From contig JAVFAA010000001.1 in the NCBI GenBank assembly GCA_034002665.1, positions 300,748-364,747 of the forward strand: DNA of 64,000 bases, read 5' to 3'. Origin of the DNA: Dissulfurispiraceae bacterium (GTDB lineage: Bacteria > Nitrospirota > Thermodesulfovibrionia > Thermodesulfovibrionales > Dissulfurispiraceae). A program made the position numbers and the translations under genes. Within the stretch, counting starts at the first letter, position 1. Each line of letters opens with the position of its first letter. Of this stretch, positions 39,601 through 46,778 are shown one piece after another. The notes under the pieces were generated by a model. It saw nothing but the letters and a program-made list of their open reading frames with translations, ran no database searches and was not told where the DNA came from.

Positions 39601-40445
39601 AGGTTGAACGACAAGTGTATCAGAAGCTCGAAAAGATGCTGATAGACAAGCTGAACTACCTCGTCTTCAAGGATAGAGAGCATAGAAATAAAGGGGGCAT
39701 TTTAAATGCCTACCAGCTTGCAAATAAATTTGATAGTTTCAAAGCAATAGGTAAACAGACCGGATTTCTCTTTTATGTGCCTGCTGCTAATACCAGTAAA
39801 ATAGATTTTGCTACCGGATTTGTAAACCTTTTATACCCTAAATATGAAAACGAAAAACAGGCTAAGGATTTCTTCAGCAAATTTAAGGGCATAAAGTATA
39901 ATTCTGGTAAAGACTATTTTGAATTTAAAATTGATTACAACAGTGTGAGAACTAATGGTGCAGAGAGTTTGAAAAACAGCATATGGACAATCTGTACCAT
40001 TGGAAAAGAACGGTTTCAGTATTATCCAACAACAAAAGAATACAAGAGTGTTGATGTTACCACTGAGATTAAGTCGTTGCTTTCAAATAAGGGTATAGAA
40101 TTTGAAATCGGTAAAGATATACAAGACAGCATTGTAAATTTGGGCGACACGAAGCTCTACAAAAATCTTGTTTTTTACCTTAAACTTGTTTTGCAAATGA
40201 GATACACAGATGGTCAGGGCAGGGATTTTATACTTTCTCCGGTTGCAAATGCTGATGGAAATTTCTTCTGTTCTGAAAAAGCTTTAAACGCCGAACCAAA
40301 AGATGCAGATGCAAATGGAGCGTATCATATTGCTTTGAAGGGCTTACTGCTTATGCACAAAATTAAAAATGGTGAGAGCAAACTGGCTATAAGCAATAAG
40401 GAATGGTATGACTTTGTTCAGGATAAGGCATATAAATCTAAATAA
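36648..40445 (+). CDS. cas12a: CRISPR-associated endonuclease Cas12a (Cpf1), type V-A effector
   Basis: 1265 aa with a hallmark N-terminus FTNQYQVSKTLRFELKPQGKT. RuvC-I is IGIDRGERHLAY (Asp codon 39285-39287). A bridge-helix-like segment reads WGAIETIKELKEGYLSQVVHKI. RuvC-II is VALEDLNFGFK (Glu codon 39564-39566) and RuvC-III is DADANGAYHIALKG (from 40302). There is no HNH motif. An AAGGAG RBS lies upstream. Confidence 0.97.
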   Translation: MDNKGLFDNFTNQYQVSKTLRFELKPQGKTAETIKAKGFLDRDYKRAEDYKRAKKLIDEYHKDFIEKALSDKKLSSLEQYYEEYTSLMSKPIGERDSKKFAGINDAMRKEIGEWLKDNPLKDEKKLIQEIVPEFLRNQGRDEDAEVLLSFKGFTTYFKGFNENRENIYTNKEQSTAIAYRIVDENLPRFVANLYTFNDRLRNHQIDFSEVESLIETEFSGAKLEDVFTIAYFNYCLTQKGIDRYNAVIGGKTDFNGKKIQGINEKINLFRQREKLSPKQAPLLTVLYKQILSDRVSLSFLPEKFKSANELVAAIRDFYSEGINGFIKDGQKSNVMDEIENLFAKKLNPNDCDLSKVHLQSSFLTVLSHQLFGDFSVIKDALNAYIESTFKTKKEKEKQNKRRYYTIEEIEAALKQYVQDTEIDNKQKTKEILDQANPIIYYLNALVNNVEIDGKKQKVNIIAHFRSLQENIHNVLDKDYRSNSELLSDKGHIAAIKNYLDSYNVVLHFIKALSVPSVADKEMDLVEKDALYAEFEELLSQLQLVVPLYNKVRNFITQKPYSVEKYKLNFDNVTLLDGWDVNKESDNTCVILCKDSCYYLAIMDKKHSSIFRDIKSTADDVECYEKMFYKLLPGPNKMLPKVFFSSSRIEEFAPSAELLNKYKAGTHKKGDNFLLSDCHALIDFFKSSIAKHEDWKQFNFDFSPTSAYRDISDFYKEVAHQGYKITFNRVSAKYVDQLVAEGKLYLFQIYNKDFSAYSKGKPSLYTLYWKAVFDPENLQDVVVKLNGEAEVFFRQASIPEGLKTVHPENIPIDNKSPYNPKKQSVFKYKIIKDKRYTEDKFAFHVSITLNFKAGDEYKFNDRVKQAIGELPVDDLRIIGIDRGERHLAYYSLINSKGEILKQDSFNIIENEVKGAKYRTDYHASLVAREEERDKNRKSWGAIETIKELKEGYLSQVVHKIAKLMIEHNAVVALEDLNFGFKRGRMKVERQVYQKLEKMLIDKLNYLVFKDREHRNKGGILNAYQLANKFDSFKAIGKQTGFLFYVPAANTSKIDFATGFVNLLYPKYENEKQAKDFFSKFKGIKYNSGKDYFEFKIDYNSVRTNGAESLKNSIWTICTIGKERFQYYPTTKEYKSVDVTTEIKSLLSNKGIEFEIGKDIQDSIVNLGDTKLYKNLVFYLKLVLQMRYTDGQGRDFILSPVANADGNFFCSEKALNAEPKDADANGAYHIALKGLLLMHKIKNGESKLAISNKEWYDFVQDKAYKSK

Positions 40446-41002
40446 TGGAGAGTTACATACCGATATCGTTTTTGAATGATTATATATTTTGCCCGAGGTC
40501 AATATATTTTCATCAGCTGTATGGCAAGCTTGACACACAGCTATACCAGCAAAAGCCTCAAATATCTGGCAAGGCAGCACACGCTGCAATTGATGGCAAA
40601 ACATACTCAACGCGCAGAAATATATTACAAGGTGTTGAGATATATTCAGAGCGTTACGGAATATGCGGCAAAATAGACACTTTTGATGTTGATATCGGAA
40701 AACTGGTCGAAAGAAAACGGCAGATAAAGACTATTTATGATGGATATATATTTCAGGTTTATGCTCAATATCATGCACTTGTTGAGATGGGATATAAGGT
40801 TAAAACTATAGATCTGTATGATATAAGCCATAACAAAAGCCATGCTGTTGCACTGCCGGAATCATGCCCTGAAATGCAGCAGAAGTTTGAAGAGCTTATA
40901 GATAAAATTAACCGATTTGACATGTATGCATCTGATTTTTGCCCTAATCAGTCAAAGTGCAGCAATTGTATATACTCAAACCTTTGTGATTATGGATTAT
41001 GA
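40445..41002 (+). CDS. cas4: CRISPR-associated exonuclease Cas4
   Basis: 185 aa with an N-terminal Cys (YIFCPRS), a RecB-like D..ExK motif (GKIDTFD..LVERKRQ) and a C-terminal CxxxxxCxxCxxxxxC cluster (CPNQSKCSNCIYSNLC). It overlaps the cas12a stop by 1 nt. Confidence 0.9.
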   Translation: MESYIPISFLNDYIFCPRSIYFHQLYGKLDTQLYQQKPQISGKAAHAAIDGKTYSTRRNILQGVEIYSERYGICGKIDTFDVDIGKLVERKRQIKTIYDGYIFQVYAQYHALVEMGYKVKTIDLYDISHNKSHAVALPESCPEMQQKFEELIDKINRFDMYASDFCPNQSKCSNCIYSNLCDYGL

Positions 41003-41964
41003 TGAGTCTGCCTGACTTTAGAGAAAAGAATATAGTCATCTGCTTTGCTTCTGAAGGGCAGAAGGTGTCATTCAAGAACGATAATCTTGTCATTAAAGAT
41101 GCTGAAGAGCAGATTGTTTTGCAAACAACCTGTCACAAAATCTTCTCTTTGTGGCTTGCGGGCAATATATCCCTAACATCAGGAATTTTGGAGAAGAGTA
41201 AGAAATTTGGATTTTCGATCTATATGCTATCAAACAGCTGCAGGCCATATGGATTATGGAGCAGCGCTACTGAGGGTAACTTTGTATTGCGCAAAAAACA
41301 ATATGACTATTCAGAATTGGATATAGCAAGACATCTGGTAAATAATAAAATATTTAATCAGACCGAACTGCTTAGAAGCATCCGTAATAAGCAAAATATA
41401 ACAAAGACAGCCATTGGTCAAATGTTGAAATATGCAGAAATGGCAGTTGAGGCAGAAGATCTGCATCAGCTTCTTGGCATTGAGGGAGTATCTTCCCGTC
41501 TGTTTTTCAGCAATTGGTTTGTGGATATGCCCTGGACAGGCAGAAAACCAAGAGCAAAGATGGATATTATCAATACTACGCTGGATATTGGCTATACATA
41601 TCTATTCAATTTTGTTGAATGCTTGCTAAATCTGTATGGCTTTGATTTGTATAAAGGGGTTTATCATCAATCTTTTTATCAAAGGAAATCTCTGGTTTGC
41701 GATATTGTTGAGCCGTTCAGATGCATTATTGATAAGCAGGTTAAACGAGCATATGGTTTAAAACAGCTCCAACCGGATGACTTTAGGCAGCAAAAAGGTC
41801 AATTTTTTTTAAAGATAGAAAAGAACAAAGATTATACACGCTGGCTTATACAAAATATTCTTGAACACAAAGAATATATCTTTAGTTATGTTCAAGACTA
41901 TTATCGTTGTTTTATGCGAGACAAGACGATTGACCAGTATCCTGTTTTCAGGATAAAAGATTAG
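40999..41964 (+). CDS. cas1: CRISPR-associated endonuclease Cas1
   Basis: 321 aa with a Cas1-like C-terminal half (LLGIEGVSSRLFF.., NTTLDIGYTYLFN.., GVYHQSFYQRKSLVCDIVEPFR). It has a 4-nt overlap with cas4. Confidence 0.93.
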   Translation: MMSLPDFREKNIVICFASEGQKVSFKNDNLVIKDAEEQIVLQTTCHKIFSLWLAGNISLTSGILEKSKKFGFSIYMLSNSCRPYGLWSSATEGNFVLRKKQYDYSELDIARHLVNNKIFNQTELLRSIRNKQNITKTAIGQMLKYAEMAVEAEDLHQLLGIEGVSSRLFFSNWFVDMPWTGRKPRAKMDIINTTLDIGYTYLFNFVECLLNLYGFDLYKGVYHQSFYQRKSLVCDIVEPFRCIIDKQVKRAYGLKQLQPDDFRQQKGQFFLKIEKNKDYTRWLIQNILEHKEYIFSYVQDYYRCFMRDKTIDQYPVFRIKD

Positions 41965-41973
41965 ATTGTTTTT

Positions 41974-42246
41974 ATGCTTCTTATTTCTTATGATATATCT
42001 GATAACAAATTGCGGACTGAATTTTCCAAATATCTGAAAAAGTTTGGTGGAAGGCTGCAATACTCGGTCTTTGAAATCAGAAACAGCGAAAGGGTGCTTG
42101 AGAATATCACAACGCACATTACGCACTATTTTGAGAAAAAGTTTTCTCAAACTGACAGCATAATGATCTTTAGGCTTAGCAAGCAGTGCAAGATTACCCG
42201 CTTTGGTTATGCAAAAAATGACGAGACCGATCTTTTGATTGTCTGA
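41974..42246 (+). CDS. cas2: CRISPR-associated endoribonuclease Cas2
   Basis: 90 aa. MLLISYDISDNKLRTEFSKYLKKFGGRLQYSVFEI is the typical Cas2 N-terminus. Confidence 0.9.
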   Translation: MLLISYDISDNKLRTEFSKYLKKFGGRLQYSVFEIRNSERVLENITTHITHYFEKKFSQTDSIMIFRLSKQCKITRFGYAKNDETDLLIV

Positions 42247-42383
42247 TCTGCAAACCTCAGTCTTAATGTTTTAAAAGGTGCTTTTAATGGCTGCAAACCA
42301 GTACAAAAAACATAAAGTGTCAAAAAATATGTCAGAAAACCTGAGTTTTTCTGCAAAAAATGGGTGCTTTTTAGACAACACCT
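42247..42383 (+). promoter_or_regulatory. CRISPR leader
   Basis: 137-bp A/T-rich noncoding stretch between the cas2 stop and the first repeat. It contains repeated CTGCAAA motifs (42248, 42291, 42351). Confidence 0.5.
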
Positions 42384-43566
42384 GCCTAAAGCACCTAATG
42401 AATTTCTACTATCGTAGATTCTGCTGGTTATCAGCTTGACAGTCGCAGCCTAAAGCACCTAATGAATTTCTACTATCGTAGATGGTTTATTCATTAAGTA
42501 GCTTGCAATCAAAGCCTAAAGCACCTAATGAATTTCTACTATCGTAGATTCCTTTGTTGCCACCTCGCTGAATTCGAGCCTAAAGCACCTAATGAATTTC
42601 TACTATCGTAGATTCTATCGGCTGCCCAAAGGTAGTAACCCCGCCTAAAGCACCTAATGAATTTCTACTATCGTAGATCTTACTACCGGGAGGGGAACGC
42701 TTGCATTAGGCCTAAAGCACCTAATGAATTTCTACTATCGTAGATGAATTTGAGGACTGGCAGACAGTCGCGCCTAAAGCACCTAATGAATTTCTACTAT
42801 CGTAGATTAAATGTGCTATGTGCCCATATTCGTATGCCTAAAGCACCTAATGAATTTCTACTATCGTAGATCTCTTGGGGTTGTATATTTTTCCCGGAGC
42901 CTAAAGCACCTAATGAATTTCTACTATCGTAGATCGCTAAGTGCATGCGTTGCACTGATGGCCTAAAGCACCTAATGAATTTCTACTATCGTAGATAACT
43001 TGATCATGTGATCCCGCTCAACGCCTAAAGCACCTAATGAATTTCTACTATCGTAGATAATTTGATGCGTTTCTTTAACTGGCCGCCTAAAGCACCTAAT
43101 GAATTTCTACTATCGTAGATTTCTCCTGCTGTTGTTCATCAGGTTTCTTTGCCTAAAGCACCTAATGAATTTCTACTATCGTAGATTTGCTGGCTAATTA
43201 CAAGCTTAGGAGGAGCCTAAAGCACCTAATGAATTTCTACTATCGTAGATCGCTAAGTGCATGCGTTGCACTGATGGCCTAAAGCACCTAATGAATTTCT
43301 ACTATCGTAGATAACTTGATCATGTGATCCCGCTCAACGCCTAAAGCACCTAATGAATTTCTACTATCGTAGATAATTTGATGCGTTTCTTTAACTGGCC
43401 GCCTAAAGCACCTAATGAATTTCTACTATCGTAGATTTCTCCTGCTGTTGTTCATCAGGTTTCTTTGCCTAAAGCACCTAATGAATTTCTACTATCGTAG
43501 ATTTGCTGGCTAATTACAAGCTTAGGAGGAGCCTAAAGCACCTAATGAATTTCTACTATTGTAGAT
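42384..43566 (+). CRISPR. Type V-A CRISPR array, 19 repeats / 18 spacers (13 unique)
   Basis: The 36-nt repeat GCCTAAAGCACCTAATGAATTTCTACTATCGTAGAT starts at 42384, 42448, 42514, 42578, 42643, 42710, 42772, 42836, 42899, 42961, 43023, 43085, 43151, 43215, 43277, 43339, 43401, 43467 and 43531. Spacers are 26-31 nt. The last repeat has one C>T change at 43560. Confidence 0.98.
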
Positions 43567-43660
43567 ATGAACCTGTCTGAAGATGTCTTCTCAGCTTTTC
43601 CATGCTATAATTGTTCATATACAATCTGGTTGGTGAATATGCCTGTCAAGGAGGTGTGTT

Positions 43661-43828
43661 ATGCCTGCTTATGAGTATGAGTGCAAGGAATGCAAAAAGG
43701 TTTTTATGGTCTTTTTCTCCCTCAAGGAGTTTGATTCAAATCCAAGAATCAAGTGCCCTCACTGCGAAAGCGATAATACTGTGAGAAGAATATCAGGATT
43801 TTTCGCTAAAACCAGCAAAAAATCATAG
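43661..43828 (+). CDS. FmdB-family zinc-ribbon protein
   Basis: 55 aa, below the track cutoff. MPAYEYECKECKKVF..KCPHCES is the typical CxxC..CxxC putative regulatory zinc ribbon. An AAGGAGG RBS lies at 43648-43654. Confidence 0.7.
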   Translation: MPAYEYECKECKKVFMVFFSLKEFDSNPRIKCPHCESDNTVRRISGFFAKTSKKS

Positions 43829-43944
43829 CTGCATACCTGAAACAGCGGTTTTTGGACTATTTGCTTTTCTGATGACAGGGTTTTGCGACCTGATTATCAA
43901 AAAGCTCTTTAATTATTTGTTATATTGTGATAAAGTTAATCCTG

Positions 43945-44838
43945 ATGGGTAAGATTCTCAAGCAAAAACGGGAAGAGCTTGGCGAAGAACTCAGGGATAT
44001 CTCTCTGGTGGTGCGTATCAGAACAACCTATCTCAAGGCGATAGAGGAAGAAAATTTTGAGAAGCTTCCTGCTGAAGTTTACGCTAAAGGTTACATACGC
44101 GAATACGCCCGCTATCTGAATGTGCCTTTTGCTGATGCTGTGTCAGCATATCAGCAGTATCTTGAAGATTCCAGAGACAAGCTGGCTGCACTGTCATATA
44201 ATCCTGTTGGCTCCTATGCTTCCAAATGCTATGTTCCATCAACATCAAAACCTTCCCTGTTTCTTCCTAAACTTTTTATATTATGCATTTCAGTTGCCAT
44301 TTTGTTTGGTATATATGTTTTTGTCAGGGACAATTGGCAGGTTATGGGCAGGGATACTGTGGCAGAGATGCCCAAGCCAATGCAGCCTCCGGCTGAGACG
44401 CTGGTTGCACAGCCGCATGCTCAGGCAGATCATCAGTCTATGCCTGCAAAGCAGAGTATTCCTCAAAGTGCTTCTGCACAGGATTCTGCTTCAGTTTCTT
44501 TAAATCAGGCTGATGCAGCAAAACCCCAGACCGTAAAGCCAAAGTATAATCTTGTTGTCAGTGCAACAGATCAGGTCTGGCTCGAGATAAATAGTGATGA
44601 CAAGACCAGAAACGATATCATCATGAATGCTGGAGAGACCCAGAGCTTCAGAGCAGATGGTAAATTCAAGATCAAGATTGGTAATGCTGCAGGCGTAAGG
44701 TTTAGTTTTAATGGCAGAGAGATCGGACCTCTTGGGGCCAAGGGAGAGGTTGTGTATCTGACCCTACCAGAGTCTCAGCAGTCTGCTGAAAGGCCTTTAT
44801 TGCCAGGCAGTCAGGCCAGCGTTCCAGTACACGACTGA
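43945..44838 (+). CDS. rodZ: RodZ-like cytoskeleton-associated HTH membrane protein
   Basis: It has an N-terminal HTH (LKQKREELGEELRDISLVVRIRTTYLKAIEEENFEKLP..YAKGYIREYARYL), a single TM and a C-terminal DUF4115-like domain. An alternative GTG start lies at 43927. Confidence 0.75.
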   Translation: MGKILKQKREELGEELRDISLVVRIRTTYLKAIEEENFEKLPAEVYAKGYIREYARYLNVPFADAVSAYQQYLEDSRDKLAALSYNPVGSYASKCYVPSTSKPSLFLPKLFILCISVAILFGIYVFVRDNWQVMGRDTVAEMPKPMQPPAETLVAQPHAQADHQSMPAKQSIPQSASAQDSASVSLNQADAAKPQTVKPKYNLVVSATDQVWLEINSDDKTRNDIIMNAGETQSFRADGKFKIKIGNAAGVRFSFNGREIGPLGAKGEVVYLTLPESQQSAERPLLPGSQASVPVHD

Positions 44839-44849
44839 CAGTCTGTCTT

Positions 44850-46763
44850 ATGAAAGCCGGCAGACTTAGCGACTTTATCAATAAAAAGACTCTTATCATC
44901 TTTTTTCTTCAATTCTTCCTGATTACCGCATTTCTTGGACACAGGCATTGGCGCAATTCTGACGCTGAGTGTGTAAGGTGCCACTCAGATTCAAAAAAGA
45001 TGGAGCTGCTTGGCTATTCCCAGTTTGTTGTTACAAGAGCGGCAGCTCAGGAACAGAGCAGGCATCCGAATGTGAAGTGCCACCAGTGTCATCTCGGCAA
45101 TGGCAGGGCAAAGAGTGCGGATGAAGCTCATAAGGGTATGCTCAAGGCAATGCTTATTGGCTACGACTATAATGTGCTTGACCGCAAGACAACAGCCCCT
45201 GACTCTATGATGCCAAGAGGTGATGACAAGATAAGGGAGATGCTCCCGGTGGTTACAGAGGATGGAGAGACATTTACTCATCCTGATGTGAAAAATGTGC
45301 TATGGCATGACAGGGATCCGGTTACCCTGGGTTATGATCCTAAAATAGCTCAGAAGACATGCGGCACATCCAACTGCCATCCGGAGATGGTTGATCAGTT
45401 CAGCAAAACACATATGGGCGGCAATATGAGGCAGCGCAGCATGAAGACATGGACAGGAGAGTTTGGGCCTCACAACTGCGGACCTTCATTTGCTGATCTG
45501 CCGCCAGTAGAGATTTTTAAAAAGACAGGTTTTGACTTTAAGAATACATCAAGGATCGCTGATAATCTGAATGTACCATTCACAAAAGAGCAGGCAATGG
45601 CAAAGCAGAAGGCATGCAATGTATGCCATACAGGATGTCTCGACTGCCACTATGCTCCGGACAAGGAAAAGGGTGTGCACCACTTTGTGAACAAGCCGCC
45701 TGCTCAGAGCTGCGGAGGCTACGGCAGAGGCACTAATATATGCCATCCCGGAGCTATGCAGAGCCGCAGGGGGGAAACATTCATAGGCGGAGACTATTCG
45801 CTGCCAACCGGCATGAAGCCTGATGTGCATTACACGAAAGGCGTACATTGCGTTGAATGCCATATGACAGGTCCAAAGGGCATGGGTGATAAACAGCGCA
45901 AGGCAACCTGTCAGGACTGCCATGTTGAAATAGAGGAGGCTCATAAAAAGAGTGTTCATAAAAATCTCGACTGTGCTGCATGCCATATCTCAGAACTGCG
46001 GGGGTACCAGATAACTATTTGGGGGCCCGGCAAGGTGGCTGACCAGCCTAATCCATTCAAAAAATATTCGCTCTATTACGGAATTCAGAGCCCGCCGATA
46101 TTGTTTAAAGACCAGAAAGGAAAATGGATGCCGGTCAAGGTCTGGCCGCACAGCGTTGGAAATATAAAAAATGAGGTTAAGCCCTCATCAGGCGTGATGT
46201 TCAGACCTACAGGCGGAGAAACAAGAGATGCATATTATGTGATGGGCACTTTTGATGCAAAGGCTAACAACAGACATCTGCTCTGGCTGGAGATGCAGCA
46301 GGCAGCTCATCCATTCGGCAGACCGAGGGATTGTTCAAGTTGTCATGCTTCAACTCTCCAGAAATCAATGTCACGATGGGAGTATATGGATGATCAGGGC
46401 GCTCTTGAGCAGTTCAGGGGCGGGTACAATATAGTTGCTGATTCAAAGAGCCTCAGGATAGAGAATCTTGCAGCTGATTCAAGGATAGTGCCTGCGGATG
46501 GATATAAGCTGGAGGATTTTGCATCCTGGCTGTTCTTCAGGGATAAGTGGGTTGTGCCCGGAGATTTTACGATAAAGGCAGATCCTATCCAGTATAAAAA
46601 ACATTCTGCATATTTTGAAAAGACAAAGAGGGATATCTCAGCAATAGATAAACGGACAGGGAGGTTCAGCAGGAAGATGGCAAAAGATTATGCCGGAGCT
46701 AAAGGCGCTGCCCTGCATAATAGTATGGATGCTGATTCCCTGTTAAAAGGGTTCAGAAAATAA
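44850..46763 (+). CDS. Membrane-anchored multihaem c-type cytochrome
   Basis: 637 aa with an N-terminal TM/signal anchor. There are eight canonical CxxCH motifs (CVRCH, CHQCH, CNVCH, CLDCH, CVECH, CQDCH, CAACH, CSSCH) plus CGTSNCH and CGGYGRGTNICH. Confidence 0.85.
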   Translation: MKAGRLSDFINKKTLIIFFLQFFLITAFLGHRHWRNSDAECVRCHSDSKKMELLGYSQFVVTRAAAQEQSRHPNVKCHQCHLGNGRAKSADEAHKGMLKAMLIGYDYNVLDRKTTAPDSMMPRGDDKIREMLPVVTEDGETFTHPDVKNVLWHDRDPVTLGYDPKIAQKTCGTSNCHPEMVDQFSKTHMGGNMRQRSMKTWTGEFGPHNCGPSFADLPPVEIFKKTGFDFKNTSRIADNLNVPFTKEQAMAKQKACNVCHTGCLDCHYAPDKEKGVHHFVNKPPAQSCGGYGRGTNICHPGAMQSRRGETFIGGDYSLPTGMKPDVHYTKGVHCVECHMTGPKGMGDKQRKATCQDCHVEIEEAHKKSVHKNLDCAACHISELRGYQITIWGPGKVADQPNPFKKYSLYYGIQSPPILFKDQKGKWMPVKVWPHSVGNIKNEVKPSSGVMFRPTGGETRDAYYVMGTFDAKANNRHLLWLEMQQAAHPFGRPRDCSSCHASTLQKSMSRWEYMDDQGALEQFRGGYNIVADSKSLRIENLAADSRIVPADGYKLEDFASWLFFRDKWVVPGDFTIKADPIQYKKHSAYFEKTKRDISAIDKRTGRFSRKMAKDYAGAKGAALHNSMDADSLLKGFRK

Positions 46764-46778
46764 TATTCTTCAGCATCA

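Noticed and set aside
42247-42383. Possible tracrRNA anti-repeat in the leader (AGGTGCTTT, GGTGCTTT)
   Set aside because: Only 8-9 nt are complementary to the repeat's 5' portion. This is far shorter than the anti-repeats of tracrRNA-dependent systems, and the effector type (Cas12a-like) does not require one. The observation is kept only as a low-interest leader note.
43567-43660. Possible further degenerate repeat or spacer after repeat 19
   Set aside because: No sequence resembling the repeat (not even the TCTAC..GTAGA hairpin) follows. The region leads into the RBS of the zinc-ribbon gene.
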